Virus record (IMG/VR): IMGVR_UViG_3300020387_000009
Coordinates: 1-37,190 of that record
Reading direction: 5' to 3' (one strand)
From: a virus
Taxonomy: Duplodnaviria > Caudoviricetes
DNA: 37,190 bases
The position numbers were made by a program, and so were the translations under genes. Below the pieces are notes generated by a model. The model did not search any database, was not told the origin of the DNA, and saw nothing but the letters and a program-made list of their open reading frames with translations. Position 1 is the first letter of the stretch, and every line of letters starts with the position of its first letter. Shown piece after piece: positions 1-10,639 of this stretch.

Positions 1-1
1 T

Positions 2-277
2 GGAGCACCTGCAGGAGGTATTGTCTCCTGGAGAGCGGACCGTTTAACAGCTATTGAAAATTACTACGGTAAACCTATTTCAAAAATGTCTAACAAAGAA
101 CAGATGGATTATATGGTTCATGAGATGAGAACTAAGTACCCTGAAGAATATCAAGTGTTTATGGACCCAAATTCGACTGATAGCCAACTAAAACAAGCCA
201 GTATGGGTTATTGGGGATATGGAGACGAAGGCGCTAGGTATACATTTGCCGACCAACTTCTAAACAAAAATGAATGA
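2..277 (+). CDS. 3' end of an internal virion protein (gp15-like), with a tail-lysozyme-like C-terminal domain; 5'-partial
   Basis: Frame is open from base 2 (GAPAGGIVSWRADRLTAIENYYGKPISKMSNKEQMDYMVHEM...). The G-I-x-S-W..R....Q..Y..HE pattern resembles Phage_lysozyme2. Lies upstream of the gp16-like gene. Confidence 0.55.
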   Translation, partial: GAPAGGIVSWRADRLTAIENYYGKPISKMSNKEQMDYMVHEMRTKYPEEYQVFMDPNSTDSQLKQASMGYWGYGDEGARYTFADQLLNKNE

Positions 278-452
278 AATTAATGACATCTCTACATTTG
301 TCCATCTAAAAACTGAGGAAGAATCTCTATCTACATCTAAAGATTGGGACTCTCCATTACCTGTTAAACTGACTCAAGGCTCTCGATATATTGGGAGATA
401 TAAAGGTCAAGCAATTGTCCAACTGTCGGATGGCAGTTTTTATAAAACCTGA
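270..452 (+). CDS. hypothetical 60-aa protein
   Basis: Fills the gap between the internal virion genes and overlaps the upstream stop. Confidence 0.5.
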   Translation: MNEINDISTFVHLKTEEESLSTSKDWDSPLPVKLTQGSRYIGRYKGQAIVQLSDGSFYKT

Positions 453-463
453 GGAATTAATCA

Positions 464-3400
464 ATGTATAACAACCCTTCTGGTTTGACAGAAGAAGAAC
501 TTGAGCGTGGAAGACATACAGAAATCCAACGCTATACAGGCGATCCTGACGATCCCAGTACTCCTGACACTACAAAAGTTCAGAAACGAATCGCTGAAAG
601 AGCTGAAAAGGAGGCTAAAGAAAAAGAAGAAGAGGAAACAAAAAAGAACCAAAAATTTGTTTCTGGACGTGATTCTCCTGGTACTGAAATGGATCACAAA
701 GTCATGGAGGTCGCCGGTCCTGCTGTTTTATCAGCCACTGGTCTTCCTTTAATTGACCTTGGGATGGACCTTGTTGGTCACCTAGGAGGGCAATCCATTG
801 ATGATGCTTGGGATGAAAAGACAAAGTTCTCTACACCTGTTGCTCAAGCTACCCGTGATATCACTGGTGTCATTGTTCCGACGATCATCGGTTCGATTAC
901 ACTTGGACCGATGGGTGGTGCTGCTGCAGCTAAGGCTACTGGTGGTAGTGCCATTGCACGCGGTCTAGGTAAGGTTTTTACAACTGCAGCTGTTGATATG
1001 TCTGTGGTTGGAGTTAGTGACTACTCCGAACGTGATGAAGGTGTTGCTTCTGCGTTAGACCGTTTCTTAGACAAGACGGGTAACCCATTAGGAATGAATA
1101 TTCCTGATGCAGTTAAAGTAATGGACGGCGATTCACCAGCTGTGCGTCGTCAAAAGTTAATGCTTGAATCAGGTATCTTTAGTCTTGTTGGTGACGCTTT
1201 AGGTTATACCTTACAAATGGGTAGGGGTCCAGTGGAATGGATGATACCTAAAGATGAAGTAGCTAGAAACTATAAAATTACTGCTGCTTTAGAAAATCCT
1301 GACCCATATTCAGTCAAAGCTACGCATGAAATCGATCAAAAAATTTTAGAAGCAAAGCAAGAAAAATTAGGCAAAGGTATTTCAAAAGAAGAGGTTCAGG
1401 TACTCGATGATGCTATCGAACAGATGCAGATTGAAAAAGATATTATCATTGAGGAAGTATCTACTAAGGGTATTTCAAGTAAAACAGAAGATCCTCTTGA
1501 AAGCTATGTACAACGTAATGATGCAAGTCGAGATTTCCAAACAGATGAGATCGGCAGTCGTAAACTTATGGCTGATCCTCAGTACACTAAATTTGATCCA
1601 GACATCCAATCTGAACTAGCTGATCCTAGTCAAACTGTTCGCTTTAGTTCTCCTCCTGCTGCTGTAGCGCGTAATGCTGCTGACATTGCGATGATGGAAA
1701 AGATGCCACAAAAGGGAGTACCTACTCCTGTAGTGACTGATCCCATGCTGCAAGACGGTCTTGGTGTTGGTGGTGGTAGCAGAGAAGTGATTGTGAGCAT
1801 TGCAGAAGAGAAGTCTCAAGCGGGTATCTACGATGCAGGTGTAGGCGCTATGCGTGCTACTTACAAAGAAATTGAAGATTCTGGTTGGAATACCCTTACA
1901 CAAATCTTAGAAGCAGAAGATGTTGAGGAAATTAAATCACTATTTCTAACCAAACGTGATCTCCGTGACCTTGGTGGTGGAGTAGGGATAAAAGTTATCG
2001 GTGAACCTACTGCTATGGAAGTAGGACCAGCATTACAAGCACTTACCTCTTTGTATTTAAGTGATGATGTAGCAAAAACATCAGCGCGTGTTATGAAAAC
2101 TACTGGCCTTGAAATTGATGCTATTGCAGAAGCAATGTATAAATTCAAGGGTGCTGTAGATCCTGATCGTGCTACTCAAATTATTATGGACAAAATGGTC
2201 TTCCTTTTTGAGGAGTATGGTCTTAATAAATCTCTTGCTGGTTGGTCACTTGCCAATAAAAGATGGTGGCCGCCTAAAAAGAAAAGTGGTAAACAAATCT
2301 ACGAAGAAATCACTGCGTTAGTTACTAAAAACCGTGATAATGCAGTTAATGTGCATACTCGTATGAAAGTTTTAATGGAGCAAAATCCTGAAGCTGCTCA
2401 TACCCTTGCAATGGCATATGACATGACCAACGGGAACGTAGATACACTTGACAAAATGTTTAAGTGGGCACGTAGTCAGATGAATCCTGGCTCTTTACTT
2501 ATCAATCCTGATGGTAACTTAAATCTATTTGCTCAAGGTTTAAAACAAATCCGTTATAACAATGTTCTTAGTGGTCTTTCTGCAATGACTGCTTCTGTTG
2601 GTAACGGTGTTGCTTTAATACTTAAACCAATTGAATACATGACTGGTGCATTAGGTATGGCAATGGCATCCGGTGACGGTAATATGATTCGTCGCGGTCT
2701 TTATGCTTTCAACTCCTTTGATGCACAAGGTCCAGCCCTAAAAGATGCTTATGACATGTTTATACGTGCATCTAAAAATCCTGATGAAGTAATGGCACGT
2801 ATTCGTAAGGATTATCAGTTTACTGATGATGCTAAATGGGAAATATTTGAACGTATGGAAGATCTTGCCTTGAAAGAAGGTAAGACAGGTGATGCATATA
2901 TGATCCGTTGGATGAGATGGAATCGCGATATGGGTAAAAACCCTGTCATGCGTTGGGGTACTAATGCAATGCTTGCAGTTGATACCTATTCCAATACTTT
3001 ACTCGCTACAGCTAATAGTAAATTCAGAGCTTTTGATGAAGTCTTATCGTCTGGTGCTCCAGTTAATAGCGTTAATTTAGATATCGCAGCAGAAAAGCAC
3101 ATGCGTAATGTGTTTGATGAGAGTGGTCTAATTAATGACACTTGGCTTAAACATACATCAGGAGAACTAGCTCTCAATGCTGATACTGGTATTGCTGAAA
3201 CTATTACAGGACTGACAAACCGTCTCCCCTTTTTAACACCATTTTTTATGTTTCCAAATACTGGTGTTAACTGGGTTCGTAAATCCCTTACATACGCACC
3301 TGTTGCTAATTTAGTTGATGGGCGTACTCGTAAGTTACTTACTGCCGGAGATAATCAAGAGAAAATTTTTGAAGCATTGTTAGAACATGGTATTGACGCT

Positions 3401-4540
3401 TCTAAAGAGCCGCAATACATGATGATCTACCAAAATCTTAAGGCAGAAAATTTAGGTCGCCTAGCAATGGGTACAGGTCTAACTCTTGGGCTTGCACAAT
3501 ACGCACTTGCAGGTAATATCCGTGGCAATATGCCTCCCGGTAAGCAGGACCAAAGGTTTTGGAAGCAAAATAATATCCAACCTAAGATGATTAAGGTCAT
3601 GGGTAAGTGGATTTCTTACGATGGAATCTTACCTTTAGATCCAGCACTTGCTTTAATTGGAGATGCTGCTTATCACGCTAGAGATATTGGTCAAAAAGCT
3701 GTACAAGATAAATTAGACCAACTTGCGTGGACTTTTGCACAAAGTTTCACTAGTGCTACACCTATTTCTGGGCTTGAACCCCTTGTACAACTAGTAGGAG
3801 GAGACCGTGGTGCTGCTTTACAGCGATTTATTGCAAACGAAACACGTTCTATGGTGCCTTTAAGTGGTGCTATGGGTGTATTAGCTAACGCTGTTAGCAT
3901 TTCTCAGAAGGATATTTACAATGATTGGCGTACTTATCTTATGAATAGGCTTCCTGGTATTAATACTATGCTTCCAGAGCAAATTGATGTATGGACTGGT
4001 AACCCAATTCGTGAAATTGAAAATCCAATGCTCCGTATTATGAATGCTTTAAGCCCTATTAAAGTCAGTGAAGGACCTGAAGAATGGAGACAATGGCTTT
4101 TAAGCTCTGGATTTAATGGTACACACATGCTTCGCAAAGATTCTAGTGGTTCATACGAACTTTCACCAGAGGAACGTGAGACAATCATGAAATATGTTGG
4201 TGAACAAGAGCTTTGGAAGGAAGTACAAAAGATCAGCAAAGATCCTCAATATAACCTCTTCTTAGAAGAACTACGTGAAGGTAGAAATGAAGAATTTAAC
4301 CGTCAAATGAGTGGTGACATTACAAAAAATCAGTTTTTACCGGAACAAGTGGGTCCTGTTTATGAAAGGCTAAATAAACTTGTAAAACAAGCACAAGAAA
4401 TAGCTGAACAAAAGGCTTTAAAAAATGGCGACATTCCACTTGATAGCATTTACGGGTCCCTAATGGCACGTAAGTATCTGAAACACGGTAATGTTCAAGC
4501 TGCCCTTGAAGAACAAAATTTAATTCCTAAATCTCAATAA
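464..4540 (+). CDS. internal virion/core (ejection) protein, T7 gp16-like
   Basis: 1358-aa helical protein immediately before the tail fibre; GAGG SD; T7 synteny. Confidence 0.8.
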   Translation: MYNNPSGLTEEELERGRHTEIQRYTGDPDDPSTPDTTKVQKRIAERAEKEAKEKEEEETKKNQKFVSGRDSPGTEMDHKVMEVAGPAVLSATGLPLIDLGMDLVGHLGGQSIDDAWDEKTKFSTPVAQATRDITGVIVPTIIGSITLGPMGGAAAAKATGGSAIARGLGKVFTTAAVDMSVVGVSDYSERDEGVASALDRFLDKTGNPLGMNIPDAVKVMDGDSPAVRRQKLMLESGIFSLVGDALGYTLQMGRGPVEWMIPKDEVARNYKITAALENPDPYSVKATHEIDQKILEAKQEKLGKGISKEEVQVLDDAIEQMQIEKDIIIEEVSTKGISSKTEDPLESYVQRNDASRDFQTDEIGSRKLMADPQYTKFDPDIQSELADPSQTVRFSSPPAAVARNAADIAMMEKMPQKGVPTPVVTDPMLQDGLGVGGGSREVIVSIAEEKSQAGIYDAGVGAMRATYKEIEDSGWNTLTQILEAEDVEEIKSLFLTKRDLRDLGGGVGIKVIGEPTAMEVGPALQALTSLYLSDDVAKTSARVMKTTGLEIDAIAEAMYKFKGAVDPDRATQIIMDKMVFLFEEYGLNKSLAGWSLANKRWWPPKKKSGKQIYEEITALVTKNRDNAVNVHTRMKVLMEQNPEAAHTLAMAYDMTNGNVDTLDKMFKWARSQMNPGSLLINPDGNLNLFAQGLKQIRYNNVLSGLSAMTASVGNGVALILKPIEYMTGALGMAMASGDGNMIRRGLYAFNSFDAQGPALKDAYDMFIRASKNPDEVMARIRKDYQFTDDAKWEIFERMEDLALKEGKTGDAYMIRWMRWNRDMGKNPVMRWGTNAMLAVDTYSNTLLATANSKFRAFDEVLSSGAPVNSVNLDIAAEKHMRNVFDESGLINDTWLKHTSGELALNADTGIAETITGLTNRLPFLTPFFMFPNTGVNWVRKSLTYAPVANLVDGRTRKLLTAGDNQEKIFEALLEHGIDASKEPQYMMIYQNLKAENLGRLAMGTGLTLGLAQYALAGNIRGNMPPGKQDQRFWKQNNIQPKMIKVMGKWISYDGILPLDPALALIGDAAYHARDIGQKAVQDKLDQLAWTFAQSFTSATPISGLEPLVQLVGGDRGAALQRFIANETRSMVPLSGAMGVLANAVSISQKDIYNDWRTYLMNRLPGINTMLPEQIDVWTGNPIREIENPMLRIMNALSPIKVSEGPEEWRQWLLSSGFNGTHMLRKDSSGSYELSPEERETIMKYVGEQELWKEVQKISKDPQYNLFLEELREGRNEEFNRQMSGDITKNQFLPEQVGPVYERLNKLVKQAQEIAEQKALKNGDIPLDSIYGSLMARKYLKHGNVQAALEEQNLIPKSQ

Positions 4541-6186
4541 TGGCTACTTCACAACTTTATAATGGGGACGGCTCAACAACTGCTTTTACTTTTACTGTTC
4601 CTTATATTAATACTACTGACATTAAAGCTACAATAGGTGGTGTCAGTACAACTGCTTTTAGCGTCAATGGTACTACTGTTACGTTTAACTCAGCGCCTGC
4701 TTCAGGTACTAATAACATAAAAATCTTTAGAGACACTAATAATAGTACTATTGAAGCTAATTTTCAGTCAGGTAGTGCTTTACGTGCTGTTGATTTTAAC
4801 GATAACTTTACCCAACTACTTTACGTTACCCAAGAATCTACTGACGGTTCAGATACAGCTATTACTGATTCTGCTGCTGCTTTAGCTGCAGCCACTACAG
4901 CGTCAACTAACGCTACGAACGCTGTAAATACGGCAAACACAGCTTCTGCTACAGCTACAGCAGCTCAAAATGCAGTTTCTGCAGCTGCATTCTTCACTCC
5001 TATCCTTGCACTAGCTAACTTACCTACTAGTCCTGCTGATGAAGACCGCGTAGAAGTAACTAATTCAACTGGTGTAGAAAGTAATTCTTCTGTTTCTACT
5101 GTACCTGCTGGTTTTGTTGGATCTACTGACTTAACCGTACGATTACAGTACAACTCATCTACTTCTAAATGGGTCTTCCAACAATATTTTGCTGCAGATC
5201 CTGAATCCCGTTATGTAGCTAAATCTGGCAGCACTATGACAGGAGCACTTACTCTATCGGGTGCACCTACTTCTAACCTACATGCTGCAACAAAGGCTTA
5301 TGTTGATAGTGAGGCTGTTAGCACTGTACTTGAGTTAACAGATGCCGTACAAGCTCCAACTAGCAATACCATTGTGTTTGAAGCCGGATCTAGTGGCGGT
5401 AACCCATCTAATATGGTAACCGGTACATATAGTAGAAGTTTTGGTGTTGCTCCGACCCTTTTGTTCTTTAGTTTCGGATTAGGAAATTCGCAATATGATG
5501 ATAATTTAAATTCTTCAGTTATCAGCGTTGGTGATTCAATTACTTTTGAATGGCCAACAGGTGGTTCTACTAATAACTCTAGGACTTTTACTTCAACTAT
5601 TAATGCAATCACAACCTTTACTGACCAAAATAGGCGTTTAATTACAATTAGTGGTATTGGTAATTTTAGTGTTCCTAATGAATCAACTAGTACTTTAAGA
5701 ATTACACACAGTTCATTTACTAACGGCTTAGAACCAGTTTTAAACAATCAAGTTCTACGTTATAAAACAGCAACTTCTAAATGGACTGTAGCTTCTGTCA
5801 CAGAGCCAGACCCTGATACTGCTCTTACTGACGTTGCACAGACCTTTACTGCTGCTCAACGCGGTGAAGTAACTACTCTTACATCTGCAGCTACGATCAC
5901 TATTGACTTTGGACTGTCTAATAACTTTACCTTAACTACTGGTCACAGCGCTATTTTATTTGCTAACCCTACGACAGAAGTGGCTGGACAAAGTGGGTCT
6001 ATCTTTATTGTCCAAGGTTCAACTACATGTGCTGCTCCTACATGGGGCAATCAATGGTACTTTAGTGAAGGTACAGCACCAGCATTAACTGGAACTACTG
6101 GTAAAATTGCACGAATTGATTATATTGTGCAGGAAGCAGGGAAAATTCATGCAGTTGCAACTGATAACCTTGCCATTACTACTTAA
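4540..6186 (+). CDS. tail fibre protein, T7 gp17-like
   Basis: N-terminal T7 tail-attachment domain (YNGDGSTTAFTFTVPY...IFRDT...F..GS.LRA.DFNDNF.QLLY), Ala/Thr coiled coil, AATKAYVD fibre motif. Confidence 0.9.
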   Translation: MATSQLYNGDGSTTAFTFTVPYINTTDIKATIGGVSTTAFSVNGTTVTFNSAPASGTNNIKIFRDTNNSTIEANFQSGSALRAVDFNDNFTQLLYVTQESTDGSDTAITDSAAALAAATTASTNATNAVNTANTASATATAAQNAVSAAAFFTPILALANLPTSPADEDRVEVTNSTGVESNSSVSTVPAGFVGSTDLTVRLQYNSSTSKWVFQQYFAADPESRYVAKSGSTMTGALTLSGAPTSNLHAATKAYVDSEAVSTVLELTDAVQAPTSNTIVFEAGSSGGNPSNMVTGTYSRSFGVAPTLLFFSFGLGNSQYDDNLNSSVISVGDSITFEWPTGGSTNNSRTFTSTINAITTFTDQNRRLITISGIGNFSVPNESTSTLRITHSSFTNGLEPVLNNQVLRYKTATSKWTVASVTEPDPDTALTDVAQTFTAAQRGEVTTLTSAATITIDFGLSNNFTLTTGHSAILFANPTTEVAGQSGSIFIVQGSTTCAAPTWGNQWYFSEGTAPALTGTTGKIARIDYIVQEAGKIHAVATDNLAITT

Positions 6187-6188
6187 TT

Positions 6189-8984
6189 ATGGGAGTATTA
6201 AATCATAACATATTAGCTGGAGCTTCTGGACAAAGCTCTGGCTATGAAATTGAACGATCACTGAGATTTAACAAGGAGGACAGTGCTTACCTTAGCCGTA
6301 CGTTTGGATCAGGTAACCAGAAAAAGTGGACATTTAGTTGCTGGGTAAAGCGGAATAAAGTTACTACAAACTATGACACCATTCTGTCTAGTTCAACTAA
6401 TCCAATTGCTTTAGATGGGACCAATTTGTACTTTCTTAGTGATCAACTTTATTTTGACGCTTTTAGTACTACTTCGCTTACGTTTCGTTTAAAAACCTTT
6501 CCTAGATTTAGGGATTACTCTGCTTGGTATCATATCGTTGCAGTGTTTGATTCTGATAATTCAACGGATACCGAAAGAGCTATTCTTTATGTCAATGGAG
6601 CAAAAATATCGCAAGGTAATTTAGCTACTAATACAAAACCAGCTTCTGGTATTTCGCCTAATTTTAACAACGCAAAAGTACATGCAATTGGAAGACGTGG
6701 TGCGTATGGAACTTCACCTTACAACGGTGCAAATATAACTTTAGCTGAAACTTATTTTGTTGATGGTCAAGCACTAGCTCCAACTGACTTTGGTGAGACT
6801 GATAACAACGGTGTATGGCAACCAAAGGAGTTTACTGGGACGTATGGTCCGTTAGTTGATCAAAGTCAAACTTGGACTACTAGTGTTACCAACCAGAATT
6901 CAACATATACCGCTGATAAAGCATTTAGTGGCATTGTCAGCGGAAGTAATTTATGGAGTAACAATGGCTCAGCCTCTGTACTTACCTTAAGTTCTGCACT
7001 CGATATTAGCGGAAAAACTGTAGTTGTGTATGGCGCAGCGTCTTCTGGAGCTAATCAAATACTTATTAACAATAAGTCTATAACTGGATGGCCTACTTCA
7101 ACTAACTCTCTTACTCCTCTTGACATAACCTCTCAATTATCTGGGGACACTACATTAACTTCAATTGAAGTAAGAGAATCAAACGCTTACTTTCAAGGTA
7201 TTAAAGTTGGCGGCAACCTGCTTGTAAACTCTGGAATTAGCCTTGTTGATAACTCTTTCTATCTCGATTTCTCCGACAACAGCAGTACTTCTGCGTTAGG
7301 AACTGATAGCAGTGGAAACAATAATGATTTTACGGCTACTAATTTCAGTGTTACAGCAGGAGCAGGTAACGATTCACTACTTGATTCACCAACGAATAAC
7401 TTTGCGACGTTGAATCCAATACATGCTGGAGCTAATGTCACTCTTTCTAATGGAAATTTACTGTTAACTACCGGTTCAACTCACACTTATAATACTACAG
7501 GATCAACAATTGCTGTGTCATCTGGTAAATGGCTCTGCGAAGTTACTGTAGACACTCTTGGTCCTTACACATCTTTTGGTGTAAGTAATCCTGCAAGTGT
7601 AGATGTAGATACTTACATGGGTATAGCGGCAGACTCATACACTTGGTTCGCTTTTAACACTGGCGGTACTTATGTAAATAGTGCTTACACAAGTCAAACC
7701 GCACCATGGGGATCATCTTCTGGAACATTCCCTGCAGCTGGTGACGTCATTGGCATGGCGCTTGATATGGACGCTGGTACTCTAAAGTATTACAAAAATG
7801 GTAGTTTAATTGGTACAGCTTTCACTGGAATTACTGGTACAGTTTGTTTCTGTGATGGAACTCATAAAAACTCTGTCCATACATATAACTTTGGACAAAG
7901 ACCTTTTGCTCATCCAGTAACTGGTTATAAAGCATTGTGTACTAACAACTTGACTAACCCACCGATTCAAGATCCTAGTAAGCATTTTGATATTGAACTT
8001 AGGGAGTCCGATACTTCTCAAACTACACATGTAACAAGCCTATCCTTTCAACCTGATTTGCTTTGGGAGAAAAATAGAGATGCTTCTAGTAGCCATTATT
8101 TAATGGACGCTGTAAGAGGCAGTACAAAAGCACTTCAAGCGGAAACCAATGCTGCTGAATCTACACTTTCAACTTATATAACGTCATTCAATTCAAATGG
8201 TTATTCAATTGGAACTGGTGATTTTACAACAAGCTCAAACGTTGTTGGATATGCGTGGGAGGCTGGGACAGGTACAGCTGCAGATAACACCGATGGCAGC
8301 ATTACTTCCCAGGTCCTAGCCAATCCATCTGCCGGATTCTCTATTGTTTCGGTTACTGCAGCTGCTCATGCAGACGGTAGCACCGTAGGTCATGGCTTAA
8401 ATGCAAAACCAGCAATGATTATTGAGAAGAATAGAGATAGTACGAGCGCTTGGTATACACAGCACTCTGGATTAGATGATATGAGTGGATCTTATTTAGA
8501 ATTAGATACTACTTCAGCTAAGACAACAGATAACACTTGGAATCTTGCTGAACCTACAACTTCAGTTATAAGCCATGACCCTGGATACCGATATGGCAGC
8601 ACTACTGCTGACGTAATCTATTACTGCTTTACACCTGTTGAGGGTTATAGCAGTTTTGGTACATACACCGGTAATGGATCTGCTGACGGTCCTTTTGTGT
8701 ACACCGGATTTAGAACTAGGTGGTTGTTAGTTAAATCATCATCGTCTACTAGCCCTTGGACTTTAGTTGATACTGATCGTTCTGGTTCACTAAACCCTGC
8801 CAATGATGTGATTTGGGCTGATAGCAATAGTGCTGAGGTAGAATATTCAAGCGCTTATCATTTTGACCTTTTATCAAATGGCTTTAAGGTAAGATCGACT
8901 ACTACAGATGTAAATACTTCTGGTCATACATATGTCTACGCTGCATTTGCCGAACATCCGTTTAAAAATGCAAGAGCACGTTAA
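6189..8984 (+). CDS. second tail fibre / receptor-binding protein with LamG (ConA-like) and SPRY-like beta domains
   Basis: RSLRFN...WTFSCWVKR...WYHIV LamG pattern; GKW.CEV...GDVIGMALDMDAG...YYKNG SPRY pattern; S/T/G-rich. Confidence 0.75.
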   Translation: MGVLNHNILAGASGQSSGYEIERSLRFNKEDSAYLSRTFGSGNQKKWTFSCWVKRNKVTTNYDTILSSSTNPIALDGTNLYFLSDQLYFDAFSTTSLTFRLKTFPRFRDYSAWYHIVAVFDSDNSTDTERAILYVNGAKISQGNLATNTKPASGISPNFNNAKVHAIGRRGAYGTSPYNGANITLAETYFVDGQALAPTDFGETDNNGVWQPKEFTGTYGPLVDQSQTWTTSVTNQNSTYTADKAFSGIVSGSNLWSNNGSASVLTLSSALDISGKTVVVYGAASSGANQILINNKSITGWPTSTNSLTPLDITSQLSGDTTLTSIEVRESNAYFQGIKVGGNLLVNSGISLVDNSFYLDFSDNSSTSALGTDSSGNNNDFTATNFSVTAGAGNDSLLDSPTNNFATLNPIHAGANVTLSNGNLLLTTGSTHTYNTTGSTIAVSSGKWLCEVTVDTLGPYTSFGVSNPASVDVDTYMGIAADSYTWFAFNTGGTYVNSAYTSQTAPWGSSSGTFPAAGDVIGMALDMDAGTLKYYKNGSLIGTAFTGITGTVCFCDGTHKNSVHTYNFGQRPFAHPVTGYKALCTNNLTNPPIQDPSKHFDIELRESDTSQTTHVTSLSFQPDLLWEKNRDASSSHYLMDAVRGSTKALQAETNAAESTLSTYITSFNSNGYSIGTGDFTTSSNVVGYAWEAGTGTAADNTDGSITSQVLANPSAGFSIVSVTAAAHADGSTVGHGLNAKPAMIIEKNRDSTSAWYTQHSGLDDMSGSYLELDTTSAKTTDNTWNLAEPTTSVISHDPGYRYGSTTADVIYYCFTPVEGYSSFGTYTGNGSADGPFVYTGFRTRWLLVKSSSSTSPWTLVDTDRSGSLNPANDVIWADSNSAEVEYSSAYHFDLLSNGFKVRSTTTDVNTSGHTYVYAAFAEHPFKNARAR

Positions 8985-8990
8985 ATTATT

Positions 8991-9524
8991 ATGCTTAAAC
9001 TAAACAACAAACCTTTGCCTTATGACAAGGCATTTACTCATGATGGTATTCAATATCCATCTAATTGGTTACGTCTTTCCAGTTTAGATCAACGCAATGC
9101 TATTGGAATTACAGAAGTAGCTGATGATCCTTGGTATGACCAACGATTCTATTGGGGTGTTGATAAACCTAAAGATTTGGATCAGCTAAAAACATTATGG
9201 TCTGACACTCAATCTGAAATGGCAGGGACATTACTAGCTCCTAGTGACTGGCGTGTTATTAAAGCTAAGGAAACTGGAACTAATATCCCATCTACCTGGA
9301 AAACATACAGAGCTGATGTTCGTGCAGCTTGTAATACACGTCAAGCTGAAATTGCAGCTGCTTCTGATGTTCCAACCCTGCGTAATTTGTTTTTTGCTAA
9401 CCCTACCATTACTCAACAAAAGAAAGATTCTGATGGTAATGGCGTAGTGGATGCTGACAACAATCCAGTTATGGAAACAATTGCTAATCCTGCTTTGGCT
9501 ACTGATTGGCCTACACCTATTTAA
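8991..9524 (+). CDS. tail fibre assembly chaperone-like protein
   Basis: YPSNWLRL and LLAPSDW.....W..YR..VR motifs; follows the fibre genes. Confidence 0.6.
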   Translation: MLKLNNKPLPYDKAFTHDGIQYPSNWLRLSSLDQRNAIGITEVADDPWYDQRFYWGVDKPKDLDQLKTLWSDTQSEMAGTLLAPSDWRVIKAKETGTNIPSTWKTYRADVRAACNTRQAEIAAASDVPTLRNLFFANPTITQQKKDSDGNGVVDADNNPVMETIANPALATDWPTPI

Positions 9525-9526
9525 TT

Positions 9527-9688
9527 ATGATTACCCTTATCCGTCCGCTTCTTTTTTCACTAATTAATAACGCTGCTTTTAAACGTACAATAGTAGATAT
9601 TCTACGTAAGATTGCAGAGCAAAGCGACAACACTGTCGATGATCACGCTGTTGACTTTATTGAGCGTGGTTTGTTTGGTAGTAAGTAA
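9527..9688 (+). CDS. small hypothetical protein (MITLIRPLLF...SDNTVDD)
   Basis: ATG 2 nt after the upstream stop; TAATG coupling to the next gene. Confidence 0.6.
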   Translation: MITLIRPLLFSLINNAAFKRTIVDILRKIAEQSDNTVDDHAVDFIERGLFGSK

Positions 9689-10185
9689 TGGAGTGGGTTG
9701 ACCCACCCTCATTACCTTCTCTAACCCTTCCAGATGCCCCTGTAATGCCTCCTACTATCTTTGAGGTACCACAGGGTGAGATCCCTAGTTATACCCCTCT
9801 TGTAGTCCCGCCTAACACGCTAAGACCGCCAGAGGGAGTAGAGCCTATTGAGTTAGAAGATGATCCACCTACAGACAAAGAAGAACAATCCAACCCTACA
9901 GCTACTCCTAAACCAGCTGTACCTAAAATTGAACTTCCACCTGAAGCACAGATAGTAGAAATCCCGTTTACGGATTTGGAGGTTCCAATGCCTACAACTA
10001 CTATCATGACAACTGCAGCAACAACAGCTTTTATTAGTGTTGCCGCCACCCTTACTGCTACGTCTTTGTTCAAATATTTAGTGATGGTTATGAAACCTAT
10101 CTTAAAACAAGTATGGAACAAGATAACGAAAAGAAAGCAGGATTTATCAAATTCCTTGTCCTCATCTGGTCAGCAGGACTCCTGA
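9688..10185 (+). CDS. proline-rich protein with C-terminal transmembrane helix
   Basis: Pro-rich extended region followed by hydrophobic TAATTAFISVAATLTATSLF. Confidence 0.65.
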   Translation: MEWVDPPSLPSLTLPDAPVMPPTIFEVPQGEIPSYTPLVVPPNTLRPPEGVEPIELEDDPPTDKEEQSNPTATPKPAVPKIELPPEAQIVEIPFTDLEVPMPTTTIMTTAATTAFISVAATLTATSLFKYLVMVMKPILKQVWNKITKRKQDLSNSLSSSGQQDS

Positions 10186-10292
10186 CAGCCAGTTATGCAG
10201 GTTGGATGCCGAAAATGGATCCTACTTATGTCGCCAGTATTCTTAGTGGCACCCTTGCAACATTCTCTATTACACGTGAAAAGAAACAATGA
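10113..10292 (+). CDS. 59-aa two-TM membrane protein, holin candidate (not in ORF track)
   Basis: MEQDNEKKAGFIKFLVLIWSAGLLTASYAGWMPKMDPTYVASILSGTLATFSITREKKQ; ATGA overlap with next gene. Confidence 0.6.
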   Translation: MEQDNEKKAGFIKFLVLIWSAGLLTASYAGWMPKMDPTYVASILSGTLATFSITREKKQ

Positions 10293-10639
10293 AAAAGCTT
10301 CTTTTGCTTTTATTTATTGCGTCTCCAGCTGCAGCTAACACCATTACCCCTAACTTTACTCAGGGGTCAATGCAATCCACAACTACTACAACTATAGATA
10401 TTGATCGGACAATTGAGACTAATGTCTATGGTGGTGATTATTCATCATGGTCTGGAACAAACGTAACACCAAGCGGAGACATCGCAGATCCTGCAACAAC
10501 TTATTCAGTGACCAATGCGGGGGAACAGTTTCAACTAGAGATTGTCAACAGAGCAGCAGGTCTGATAGAAGACAGCTTGGTAACAGAAACCATTCAGCAA
10601 GTTACAAACACTACCTCCTTATCGGTCTTCTCGCAGTAA
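10289..10639 (+). CDS. secreted beta-rich protein
   Basis: Sec signal MKKLLLLLFIASPAAA. Confidence 0.7.
   Translation: MKKLLLLLFIASPAAANTITPNFTQGSMQSTTTTTIDIDRTIETNVYGGDYSSWSGTNVTPSGDIADPATTYSVTNAGEQFQLEIVNRAAGLIEDSLVTETIQQVTNTTSLSVFSQ

Noticed and set aside
524-540. ATCCAACGCTATACAGG as a third promoter copy
   Set aside because: Needs a gap and two mismatches, lacks GGG at +1, and lies within coding sequence.
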